Source: a virus. From it: a DNA stretch of 64,000 nt. This document shows positions 25,901-34,539 of the stretch, piece by piece; position 1 is the stretch's first letter, and the number at the start of each line of letters is the position of its first letter. Under the pieces are notes generated by a model that worked only from the letters and a program-made list of their open reading frames with translations, did no database searches and was not told the origin of the DNA. The stretch lies in the IMG/VR virus record IMGVR_UViG_3300045988_175377, one strand, 5' to 3'. The position numbers were made by a program, and so were the translations under genes.

Positions 25901-28345
25901 CAGCTTGTCCTGCACGTACTTCTCATCACCATTCGCAGGAAGCAGTAGCATGCTATCCATGGTGCCGGTATGGCCGTCGCCCTTGCCGTACACGTTGAAC
26001 TCCCAAGTAAGCGGGTCGCCGATTTCAGCCTTTGTGGTCTTCACACGCATGATGCCACTGTTGGTTTCCGCATTGGAGACAGGGAATGGGACGCTGGGCG
26101 TATTGCTTTTGATGGTTTGGGCTTGCAATGCGCCGTTCTCGTCAACGTCCACGCTCATATTCGCACTGGCGGTGACAGTCCCGGTGGCGAGATTGGATAC
26201 GATGCCACTGAAATGCAGGTCAGGCAAAGTGGCCGACCCCATACGGTCTACTTCAGGCGTGACTTTGCCGGAACGTGGCGTGAACACGAGATTATTCCCG
26301 TCCACTTTCATCTGCCAGAACGAATCATCACAGGTCGGATTGTACAAGCCTTTCGGTTTCGGCACCGTGATGGTCGGCGTCATGCTCGTATTGGACAGGA
26401 GAATGGTGCGCAACTGTTCCGTGACCGTATAATCCACTCGCATGCCGGGAGTCAAATCGACTGCGCTTCCGGACGGGTGATTGGAACTGTTGTTCGCATA
26501 CACTTGATTGCCTTCACCATCGTAGGCTTTCAGACTGATGTCGATACTGGTGGTCGGGTCTACCGGCTTGGCAATCCACACCCAATTGGTGACGCTCGCC
26601 TTATCGTCTTCGGTAAGCCATGCGGTCAGCGTATCCAAAGCTTCCACATTGCCTTTGGACACGTCGGCTATGGCGAGCGTGTTGAACGTGACCTGAACGT
26701 TCGGCGCACCCTTTCCCAAAGTCAAAGTGTCGGGGTTGAACGTCACCCGAATCTTCTTGACGTTCGGAGCGTCCGTGTCGGATGGTTCCCCGTCATGCCA
26801 ATTGTCTCTGCTATCAGCCCATTGAACTTTGTAGTCGGAAACCGGAGCGCCGTTCTGGGTGACTTCCAAGCTTCCATCCCACCGCATGCGCGTATTATCC
26901 CACTCGTCCTGCATGGTCGGCGTAGTGTTTTTAAGCTTGTCCGCCGTAACGTTCGCCGCATACATTTCCAAAATGGTTTTGACTTGCGTTCTACGGGACA
27001 CGGTGTCGCCGGAACCGTCGGAATAGTAATGGTAGATGTCAGCTTTGCCTTCGGCGGCGTCGAACGTCAGATTCTCCTTGTCGAACATGGTCTTGGACGC
27101 AGTGTTAGGACGTTGCAGTCCTTTGCCGAACAGTGGAATCTTGCCAGCTGGAGTCGGCTTGAGCCGTTGGATGATGGCTCGTGACCAGTCATTGTTCGCA
27201 TACGGGTAGCCTACGCGGGCACCCGTATCCTTGTCGTAGGTGCTCTTGTCCCGTCCAATGTTCCAGCCGGGTTCGCCGCCCTTGCCCATGTTCAACAGTG
27301 CGTCGCCGTTATCGTCTTTGACACTGAACACGGTTTCGTCGGGAACAAGGTGGACATCGTAATATTTGACGTCTCCTTCTTTCATGTTTTTGAGCGCGTC
27401 GGTTCCGGCGGGAATCCTGTAGCTGATTGTCGCCGCCGCACCGTTCTTGCCACTGGATACGGTCAAATACTGTTCTTTATCACTGTTACGGGTAATCCGC
27501 TGACCGCCTACAGTCCACACGGTGCCCTGCGGGAAGTCGGAAATATCCACTTTGGTCGTCCAATCGATGCTGGTGGACGCGCCCTTCGTGGACGAATAAC
27601 CCGGATAGGTCAACGCGTCGGCACGAATAGTGAAATCGCCGGTCGCGTCGGTGTTCTGACTCCAATAAGTACGATGCTCATACGAGTATTGGCCTTTCAC
27701 CGGATTGCCGCCATTGTCAATGACCAAGTCAGCCGCCGGAGCGGATACTACAGTCAACTCATCCGTACGATACGTGGTTGACGTTCCACCTTCGCGGGCG
27801 ACGACGATTTTCGGAATCTGACCCGGCTTGACCAAGCCTCCCGTGTCTTTTGCTTTCAGATAGAAGGTTTGGGTCATGGTTTCCACGCCACCGGCTGGGA
27901 CCGTGTAGGAGCAGGAGCCGTCACTGTTTTTCTTCGCGGTGACGAGTTGTCCCGGCTGGCAGAAGCCACCACCATCAACAGTCTGCAAATACGGCGCGTC
28001 GTCCAAGTCGAACTTCACGTTGATGGTACGCTTGCCCGCCGCGTTGAAGTTCAACGTCAATGAATATTCGACCGTATCACCGGATGCGACCACGCCATCG
28101 GTAGGGGAATCATCGCCCGTGGCGAACCCGTTCTTCGAATTCACGAACGTTTGCGAACTCGTGCCATGCCCCGTACCGTCGGCTTTCTTAACGATTTTCG
28201 CAGTAGCATACGCAGGTTTCAACTCGTCCGCATGCGCTTTTGGAGAGGCTACCGGATTGGTCATGCATGTCAGGCCGGATGCCAGTGTGGCGATTGCGGC
28301 CAATAATGCTACCGGATGTGCCACATGCTTTTTGAGAATACTCAT
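22955..28345 (-). CDS. giant sortase-anchored surface adhesin (1796 aa) with RCC1-like repeats and CnaB-type domains
   Basis: N-terminal signal peptide; GNNQYGQLG / GWNGKGQLGTGD / GWNGDGQLANG RCC1 repeats; DGYYEFNLLHSGTYR and DGKYKFEHLDADG CnaB-like motifs; C-terminal MPHTG plus hydrophobic helix plus RKEDRK sorting signal. Confidence 0.8.
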   Translation of the reverse strand: MSILKKHVAHPVALLAAIATLASGLTCMTNPVASPKAHADELKPAYATAKIVKKADGTGHGTSSQTFVNSKNGFATGDDSPTDGVVASGDTVEYSLTLNFNAAGKRTINVKFDLDDAPYLQTVDGGGFCQPGQLVTAKKNSDGSCSYTVPAGGVETMTQTFYLKAKDTGGLVKPGQIPKIVVAREGGTSTTYRTDELTVVSAPAADLVIDNGGNPVKGQYSYEHRTYWSQNTDATGDFTIRADALTYPGYSSTKGASTSIDWTTKVDISDFPQGTVWTVGGQRITRNSDKEQYLTVSSGKNGAAATISYRIPAGTDALKNMKEGDVKYYDVHLVPDETVFSVKDDNGDALLNMGKGGEPGWNIGRDKSTYDKDTGARVGYPYANNDWSRAIIQRLKPTPAGKIPLFGKGLQRPNTASKTMFDKENLTFDAAEGKADIYHYYSDGSGDTVSRRTQVKTILEMYAANVTADKLKNTTPTMQDEWDNTRMRWDGSLEVTQNGAPVSDYKVQWADSRDNWHDGEPSDTDAPNVKKIRVTFNPDTLTLGKGAPNVQVTFNTLAIADVSKGNVEALDTLTAWLTEDDKASVTNWVWIAKPVDPTTSIDISLKAYDGEGNQVYANNSSNHPSGSAVDLTPGMRVDYTVTEQLRTILLSNTSMTPTITVPKPKGLYNPTCDDSFWQMKVDGNNLVFTPRSGKVTPEVDRMGSATLPDLHFSGIVSNLATGTVTASANMSVDVDENGALQAQTIKSNTPSVPFPVSNAETNSGIMRVKTTKAEIGDPLTWEFNVYGKGDGHTGTMDSMLLLPANGDEKYVQDKLVEYERGYSNYHGSYELTQPVTVNMDNSTSTTVYYSTTTGKKSDNPADYEWKTWDELSATEKKNITAIRLTSTVVASDDKLSYSAVNGTITLTPSDNVKDDKYTLWLGRNYYSDASDKPAGNQPWPDVAKVVAGSISGAVWWDKDENTLIGDNEEHIEGVEVTLGKQDSSGGWQTVKTVKTDKDGYYEFNLLHSGTYRTSVKRNTGTSTGDGVQTQVKTYYNKLENVTNTRSWSNKIKSNAKDTSDDIHLGIGADQKNVDYGYAKPDPKATVDKTVTGTSCTDTKCVINWDVKVQNSGTSRFDTSSVVSDRMSADVHDVSATAGTVSIESGGAKQVATSGDHKFVLTNEGLLYAWGNNQYGQLGFKPDTTNTATPTNVNKPTIVNGSWLKVAAGGKHSAAISTDGHLYTTGWNGKGQLGTGDTDNRDQWTLVAEDKTFVDVACGNQFTVAIASDGTLWVVGKVSSTSYSTWTQIQSGKTFTQVSASTYRWVALTSYGGCVVDGDEFFSIGFTQVVASFGNAYGLTDAGTVIVLVGGGDSGIDQSNVSNLRYITRIGGGYNTFYAIDKNQHLWAAGWNGDGQLANGKTGTGRYWTNGSTSGNADIVSTPIDTGITASDVAGGDRDVLIVGKQVMIAGFDPYGDGKTGGARSTGLKGMVVSSDPTAVPVEPLSESTEKGLTTRTYNLPYGIEPGGYVIYHFTGTVDRDTTDTTKWTDEQISTWVKEHTKTILNQAWFDSEHTPYSGTPHANGKTTPDNPDASKLDSNTSDVTGNMTCRTDSDYAEDGRQHWFSTGDEDSCDQVGTTITPTASAKKLGTISGLYWEDTDKDGVRSDSESKRFANQTVILYDKDGKQVASTKTDKDGKYKFEHLDADGDQYTIQFSRVTHQEFTKPDANDMDIPNDASSTDSDANTSDDKYGESTFTIILTQDKPDKENVDAGVLPETWMMSMPHTGMGLLLPILILVSILGLVTAIILLRKEDRK

Positions 28346-29250
28346 TAGTGTTCCTTCTTTGCGTGGTTTTTTCTACGGATGATGAGAATGGTGATGATGA
28401 TTACCGCAAGCCAGAAGCCGCCGACGTACAGCATGAGCCATTGGTTCGTGTGGTCTTTCGGCGCGTTTTCGGGTTTGGGTGCGGGGTGCGGCATGCTGGC
28501 GCGCGTGCCGGTCACCAAGAGTCGCTTGTTGTTGATGCCGTATGGCGTGCAGGTCAATAGTGTGGAGAGGTCTTTTCCGGTGACGATTTTCAGTTTAGAA
28601 AAGTCGGATGGGTCTACCACGCTAATATCCGTGACCTTGTAGGCGAGCGTATGTCCGGCGGTTATCAGATAGAAGACGTCTCCCTTTTTGGCTTCACTGC
28701 CGAAGCCTCGCAGCTTGTCGAACATGAGCTGGTCGGCCAAACCCGTGTGCGCGGATATGACAGTATGCGTGTTCTTGCCGCCGACGGGGAGACTGGAACC
28801 GTATAAGTGTCCGGCTCCAGCGGCCAACACGTTTTGCGACGTGCCATGCCGGATGGGCAGGTTGATGCCCAAGCGTGGATATTTGACGGTAGCCATGACC
28901 CCATCCTTGGGGGTGGATAGTTGCTTCCGATACGTGTTGTCCGTTTCGGACTTGTTGACGCCCGTCCAAGGGTCTTCCGCCTCACCAAGAATGGGTTGGC
29001 CTTCCTCGTATAGGCGTTGATTGTAGGCTTGCGCGTCCGCATACTCTTGGGCGATTCGTTTCACGTCGGTGTTTTCCACGGCTTGCGTGTGGGAGTCGGT
29101 CAACCGGTTGGATTGGCTGCTGTTCGAAATCATGAGAATGAATGGGATAGTTCCGGACAGGGCGGATAGGATTAGGCAGAGAAGTCCCGCTATGGCTCGA
29201 TTTCCCAAGCCTTTCGGTTTCGCCGTATGTTTTCCCAAAACCCCTCCCAT
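28345..29250 (-). CDS. class C (pilus-associated) sortase
   Basis: TLLTCTPYG (TLxTC catalytic motif), N-terminal signal/TM and C-terminal TM plus basic tail typical of class C. Confidence 0.8.
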   Translation of the reverse strand: MGGVLGKHTAKPKGLGNRAIAGLLCLILSALSGTIPFILMISNSSQSNRLTDSHTQAVENTDVKRIAQEYADAQAYNQRLYEEGQPILGEAEDPWTGVNKSETDNTYRKQLSTPKDGVMATVKYPRLGINLPIRHGTSQNVLAAGAGHLYGSSLPVGGKNTHTVISAHTGLADQLMFDKLRGFGSEAKKGDVFYLITAGHTLAYKVTDISVVDPSDFSKLKIVTGKDLSTLLTCTPYGINNKRLLVTGTRASMPHPAPKPENAPKDHTNQWLMLYVGGFWLAVIIITILIIRRKNHAKKEH

Positions 29251-29385
29251 GCGGTTATAAAGAATCTAAAAGGTGGCGTGTCGATATTTGGGTTCCCGAC
29301 ACGCCAAGCGGAACATTTCATGCTTTTCCAACCGTCAAACGGTCAGAAAAGTTTTCTCATACGGCAGTATTCCAATCTTCCAATC

Positions 29386-31104
29386 TCACGCTTTGCGACG
29401 AAGCAGCAGGGCGGAAGCGCCAGCCAACAGGACGGTCATCACGCCGAAGATGGACAGCCAGACCGCACCGGTCTTCGGCATGTCAGCGATGTTGCGGGCG
29501 TTGATGACGGTCACTCCATCGTCACTGCTCTTGGAGGCCAGCTTGTTCGAATCTTGTCCGAATGCGGTGAGGGACGAAGTGCTGGTGTTATGGTCTGTGG
29601 ACTGGGCCACGCCAACGGTCAGAGTGAACTCCGGCAGAATGCTGCCGCCGAACGGACTCTTGGTTTCAGTCACCGTGTAGGCACCGTACATGCCCTTCAA
29701 GGTGATGACGCCATTTTTCTCATCGGTGGTGGTGATGTCGGCGCTTGCGGTAGCGGCCTCAGTCGAGTCGGCAACACGATACTCGTTATTGCCCACCTTG
29801 ACGAACTTGACGGGAGTGTTCTTGGCATCCTTGATGTTGAACACGGCACCCGCGAGAGGAACGTTGTTCGTATCGGTCTTGGTCAGAGTGAACTTGCCGA
29901 CGTACACGTAAGTGGTGTCGCCCGGAGTCTTCTGATGGTCGGTGACGGTGTTCGGATTGTGGGAGTATTCGACCTCGCTCGTGTTGGTGTCAACACCGTC
30001 CACGTGGGCGTTCTTGTTCACGGTCATGTCATAAGTGACAAGCACTTTCGCACCGACCGGGAACGTGGTCTTGGCGGCGATGATGTCGGAAGAATTGTCA
30101 GCGGTCGGGGCGAACAGGATATGGAACTTGCCTGTCTCGTTCGTCACCTTGTAATCCTTGCCAGCAGTCAAAGCCTTACCACCGACAGTGACTTTCACAC
30201 TATCCGCGTTGAACGTCAGACCATCCGAATACGTATCGTTGAGCGCATAATAGTAGTGGTCGTAGCCAGTCCAAACAGGCACCCAGCTGGTCATCTTGAA
30301 AGAGACCTTCTTGCCGATGGAGGTCTTGGCTACCGCATATTCGCCACTAGACTCTTCCCTCTCAAGTTTGATTTCCTCTTCCTTGACACCATCCTCAACA
30401 CCGGTGATAGCCTTCCTGACTGCGGTGTCACTCACCTTATAGTCCACGGTGCCCAGCGTGTAGGTCTTGGCGCCGTTCTTCAACGCCAACGTGGTCTTGC
30501 CGTCGATGCCGGTGCCGTTGAACATGACGATGGACGCCTGACCGGTCTTGGTGGTGTCCACGACCGCGTACACGCCCGGACGGACGGATGCGGTCATATG
30601 CTTGACGTCGGCGCCCTTGGCGAACGCGGTGCCCTTGTCGCCGGTGACGGCGGCCTCGTTCTTCAACTGGTCGATGAAGTCACGAAGCTTGCCAGCCCAC
30701 GGACTGTACTCGGAATCAAGGAGATTCTGCACGACCCACACCATCGGATTGGACGCATTATAGTCGTATCCGGCAGTCTGGTCTTTCTTGGACTTAGTGT
30801 CAATATTGGCTTTAGTCAATGCGTCAGCAATAGCAGAAGCCTTACCGGCGTCAATCAGGTCAAAGCCGGTAATATTAGTGCCATCAGTCTGCGCATACGA
30901 ATAGTAGGCGAGCGGCACAGCCTTCAACGTGCGATTGCTAATATCACCATTAGCAGCGACGGTCAACGTCTGACGAGCAGCCGCACCAAGCTTGGATGCG
31001 TCAACACGAGTATCAGCCGCCATGGCGGAGCCGACTCCAGCCAAACCCATGGCACCGGCCACAAGCGTGGCGACCGTTGCCTTCAACAGGTTTTGGTTTT
31101 TCAC
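29386..31104 (-). CDS. cell-wall-anchored pilin-like surface protein (572 aa)
   Basis: Signal peptide; E-box-like YTVTETKSPFGGS; C-terminal MPKTG plus TM plus RRKA sorting signal. Confidence 0.6.
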   Translation of the reverse strand: MKNQNLLKATVATLVAGAMGLAGVGSAMAADTRVDASKLGAAARQTLTVAANGDISNRTLKAVPLAYYSYAQTDGTNITGFDLIDAGKASAIADALTKANIDTKSKKDQTAGYDYNASNPMVWVVQNLLDSEYSPWAGKLRDFIDQLKNEAAVTGDKGTAFAKGADVKHMTASVRPGVYAVVDTTKTGQASIVMFNGTGIDGKTTLALKNGAKTYTLGTVDYKVSDTAVRKAITGVEDGVKEEEIKLEREESSGEYAVAKTSIGKKVSFKMTSWVPVWTGYDHYYYALNDTYSDGLTFNADSVKVTVGGKALTAGKDYKVTNETGKFHILFAPTADNSSDIIAAKTTFPVGAKVLVTYDMTVNKNAHVDGVDTNTSEVEYSHNPNTVTDHQKTPGDTTYVYVGKFTLTKTDTNNVPLAGAVFNIKDAKNTPVKFVKVGNNEYRVADSTEAATASADITTTDEKNGVITLKGMYGAYTVTETKSPFGGSILPEFTLTVGVAQSTDHNTSTSSLTAFGQDSNKLASKSSDDGVTVINARNIADMPKTGAVWLSIFGVMTVLLAGASALLLRRKA

Positions 31105-31283
31105 CTTTGTTTTCCTTTCCTTACTAGACCCGGCGCGCGTTCATTCATCGAACGGGGTCAATATCGGATTACATTCCTAATATACCGCACGCACCCTCAT
31201 TAAAAACCTTGAAAGAACGCTTTCAGCCCTTAAAAATAAGGAGGGCATGGCTTCCCATACCCTCCAACATGCCCCTGAACAGG

Positions 31284-32681
31284 TTAGTTTCCGGACTGTT
31301 CGGAAACTTTCCCACCTAGTGCGGAACCGGCGGCATGACCGGCCACCATACTGTTCAGCAAAGCTTTCAAATCGATGCCCAAGGATTGCGACAAGCCTTC
31401 GCTCAACTGGCTCACACTGTTCACCGTGTCGCCCACGAGCTTCGTGCTGTTTCCGTCGCCGTACATGGTGATGTGGTCAACCTTGGTGAGCGGTTCGGCG
31501 GCGGCTCGAACCATGTCGGGGAGAATCTGAATATACTGTTGGGCGAGGATGTACGTGTTGTTCATCGCATTGTAGGCTCGGCCTTGGGCGCGGATTGCCT
31601 CGGCTTCGCCCACACCCTTCGCCTGTGCGGCGGAACCCTCGGCCTTGCCTTTGACTTCGGTCGCGTGTGCGTCCGCGTCGGCGGTGGATTGGGTGGCCTG
31701 AGCCTCCTGCTGGCGTAGATACAGTTCCGCATCCGCATGCTTGCGGGTCGTGTACATCTGCGCGTCGGCCTGCTGTTCGGCGGCGTATCTGTCGGCGTCG
31801 GCCTTCTTGCGGATGGTCGCGTTCAGTTTCTGCTCTTCGATTTCGGCGTTCTTCTGTTCGAGGACTGCCTTCTTTTCGGCGGCGGCGATTTCCGCCTCCT
31901 GCTCCTTGACCTTGAGAGTCTTGGACTGTTCGGCGGCGGTGATGCCCTTCACCGCGTCGGCCTCGGCCTGCGCCTTGTCGGAGATGGATTGGAGTTCGGC
32001 TCGTTTCAGGTCGAGCTGGTTCTGACGGACGGCCACGTCCTGTTCCGCGTTGATGGACGCGAGCTTCGCATTCCGGCTGATTTCGGCGGCCATTTCAGCG
32101 CCCATGTTGGCGATGACGTTCTGACGGTCGGTGAAGTCTTGAATGTTGAACGTGGTCAATTGAAGGCCAAGCCGTTCCATGTCCACACGGGCGGATTCGG
32201 CCACGGTCGCGGCGAACGTGTCCCTGTTCTCCATGAGCTCCTTCAACTCGGTCTTGCCGATGACCTCGCGCAGCTTGCCCAAGAGCACCTGCGTCACGTC
32301 CTTCTCCATTCGCTCCTTGGACTGGTTCAGATAGTTCTTGGCGGCGTTCTCCAACGCCTTCACCTGTTTACCGTTCTCGTCCACGGTCATGGTCTCGGAC
32401 GCTATCTGGAAGTTCGCGACGGCGTTCACGTCGATGAGGATTGCGTCCTTCGTCGGAATCGGCGTGTCGGTTCTCAGGAGCGACTGCACCGCTCCGAGGG
32501 AGAGCCAGTCCACGCGCATGATGAACGGTATGATGAACGCGCTTCCGCCGGAAACGAAGCGTCGTCCACCCGGCCCGGTGATGACCATTACCCGGTCGGC
32601 GGGGCAGACCTTGTAGCTTGCGGTCGCGAGCAGGATGATGAGTATCGCCACTGCCGCGACGATTATCAATGTTGTTGGCAT
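31284..32681 (-). CDS. flotillin-like SPFH/band-7 domain protein
   Basis: N-terminal TM, SPFH domain, long Ala/Glu/Gln-rich coiled-coil (AEIAAAEKKAVLEQKNAEIEEQKL...). Confidence 0.7.
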   Translation of the reverse strand: MPTTLIIVAAVAILIILLATASYKVCPADRVMVITGPGGRRFVSGGSAFIIPFIMRVDWLSLGAVQSLLRTDTPIPTKDAILIDVNAVANFQIASETMTVDENGKQVKALENAAKNYLNQSKERMEKDVTQVLLGKLREVIGKTELKELMENRDTFAATVAESARVDMERLGLQLTTFNIQDFTDRQNVIANMGAEMAAEISRNAKLASINAEQDVAVRQNQLDLKRAELQSISDKAQAEADAVKGITAAEQSKTLKVKEQEAEIAAAEKKAVLEQKNAEIEEQKLNATIRKKADADRYAAEQQADAQMYTTRKHADAELYLRQQEAQATQSTADADAHATEVKGKAEGSAAQAKGVGEAEAIRAQGRAYNAMNNTYILAQQYIQILPDMVRAAAEPLTKVDHITMYGDGNSTKLVGDTVNSVSQLSEGLSQSLGIDLKALLNSMVAGHAAGSALGGKVSEQSGN

Positions 32682-32731
32682 TGACTTTTCCTTTCTTTTT
32701 TGTGGGCGTACCCACTATGACAGAACTTGTT

Positions 32732-34072
32732 TCAGAACTCGTTTTCGAAGTCTGCGGCCATGTCCGCGAATTTGGAGCATTCGCCCATGAACGCGAGATT
32801 GAACGTTTCGGTAGGCCCGTTGCGATGTTTGGCGAGAATCACGTCGGCTTCGCCCGGACGTTCCTCACGGTCGTAGTATTCGGGACGATGCACAAGAAAC
32901 ACCATGTCGGCGTCCTGTTCGATGGAACCGGACTCTCGCAGGTCGGACAGTTCCGGTCTTTTGTCGGCGCGTTGTTCCGCATTACGGTTCAACTGGGAGA
33001 GCACGACCACGGGGCATTGCAGTTCCTTGGCGAGCATTTTGCATTGGCGGGAGAAGTTCGATACTTCCTGCTGACGGTTCTCGACGGTTTTACCGGAGGA
33101 CATGAGTTGCAGATAATCGATGACGATAAGCTTCAACCCGTTGACCTTGCGGCTGAGAGCACGGCATTTCGCACGGATGGTGCTCATGTTGATGATGGCG
33201 GAATCATCAACCCACAATGGTGCCTTCTCGACCTGATGGCAAAGCGCGTTGAGTTTGTTCCAATCATTCGAGTTCAGATTCTCGGGATGTTGGAACGATG
33301 CGAGACGGATGCCTGTTTCGGCTGCGAACATGCGTTGCATGAGTTCGTGACCGCCCATTTCCAGACTGAAAATCACAGTCGGCAGACCCTTGTGCAGTGC
33401 GGCGTTACGCGCGAAATCCATGCCGAGAGTACTCTTGCCCATGCCCGGACGGCCCGCGACTATGACCATTTGTCCGGCTTGCAATCCGTGCGTCAACGCG
33501 TCGATGTCACGGAAGCCGGTGGGTGTTCCGAACTCGTTCGGATTCTGTGACATTTCATCCAACTGTTGGAGCATTTCGTCGGACAGGCGGTATGCGGTCT
33601 TCAACTCGTCGTCTTCGGAACGGCTTGAATCCTCCAACGAGAACGCGGCCTCCAACGATTTGCTGAGCACGTCTTCGGCTGACGCGTCGGATACGTTGCT
33701 CATCTGTTGCAACTGCTGTCCGACCACGTTGATGTGGCGGAGGATGGCCGCGTCACGAATCTGCTTGATGAAATAGTCACTGTTGTTCGACGTGGGCGCG
33801 GAGCCGACAAGCTGGGCGATGTAGTCGATGCCGCCGACCTGTTCCAACTGTCCGTTGTCCATCATGTGCGAGGACAGCATTTGCGCGTCCACACGGTTAT
33901 TGTCTGCGGCCAGTTCCTTTATATTATGGAAGATGGTCTGGTTGGTCGGCTGGTAGAAGTCCTCTTCGGAAAGTTGGCTGATGACCTTGTCCAACGTTTC
34001 CGCGTCTTGAAGCATGGCCCCCAACAACACTTGTTCGGCCATGTCCTTGTGGATTGGTGTGGGGACGCTCAC
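32732..34072 (-). CDS. dnaB: replicative DNA helicase (DnaB family)
   Basis: N-terminal AEQVLLGAMLQDAE...; Walker A GRPGMGKSTLGMDFA; RecA-like core and LSQLNR motif. Confidence 0.85.
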   Translation of the reverse strand: MSVPTPIHKDMAEQVLLGAMLQDAETLDKVISQLSEEDFYQPTNQTIFHNIKELAADNNRVDAQMLSSHMMDNGQLEQVGGIDYIAQLVGSAPTSNNSDYFIKQIRDAAILRHINVVGQQLQQMSNVSDASAEDVLSKSLEAAFSLEDSSRSEDDELKTAYRLSDEMLQQLDEMSQNPNEFGTPTGFRDIDALTHGLQAGQMVIVAGRPGMGKSTLGMDFARNAALHKGLPTVIFSLEMGGHELMQRMFAAETGIRLASFQHPENLNSNDWNKLNALCHQVEKAPLWVDDSAIINMSTIRAKCRALSRKVNGLKLIVIDYLQLMSSGKTVENRQQEVSNFSRQCKMLAKELQCPVVVLSQLNRNAEQRADKRPELSDLRESGSIEQDADMVFLVHRPEYYDREERPGEADVILAKHRNGPTETFNLAFMGECSKFADMAADFENEF

Positions 34073-34539
34073 TTGTCGCCGTTCTCCTTCTTGTCAGGAT
34101 TGGTTTGCTTGTTGTTCAACGTCTCATATAGGCGGTGTTCCGCTTGCCAACGTCTGATACGGGTTTTGCTGGGATGGTTGACCCACCGGTATATGCAACG
34201 TTCTATGCGCTTGTATCCGAGGACTTCCGGTCCGAGATTGTGACTGCGGAATATCTCCGAGGGACGTTCCCCTTGCAGATATCGGAGGGTCACTTCGTCT
34301 TGGAATTGGGTGGTGAAGATTACCCACCATCCGTGCTTGTTTTTCAAGACGTTGACGACTTCCGGTCGTCTTCCCAAGGCCAAAGCCTCGTCTGCGGTCA
34401 GAAGCTTCGCCGGGGATGTGTTCGGTTTTTCGACCATGCTTTTGTTCGTCCTTTCCAAGGTCAGATTGCGTCCGGGAACTGTTCGTTCGGAGAGAATTTG
34501 AGGAGTTTCACAGTCGCTCCCCCACGCCATTTGTTCCAC
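34069..34539 (-). CDS. hypothetical protein (start uncertain)
   Basis: ORF overlapping the dnaB start by 4 nt; possible HTH (KRIERCIYRWVNH). Confidence 0.3.
   Translation of the reverse strand: MEQMAWGSDCETPQILSERTVPGRNLTLERTNKSMVEKPNTSPAKLLTADEALALGRRPEVVNVLKNKHGWWVIFTTQFQDEVTLRYLQGERPSEIFRSHNLGPEVLGYKRIERCIYRWVNHPSKTRIRRWQAEHRLYETLNNKQTNPDKKENGDK

Noticed and set aside
22955-31203. Long plus-strand ORFs antisense to the giant adhesin, sortase and pilin genes (e.g. 25970..27184, 29227..31203, 23243..24160)
   Set aside because: Typical high-GC antisense ORFs; they have no RBS, low-complexity Arg/Gly/Val composition, and fully overlap strongly supported genes.
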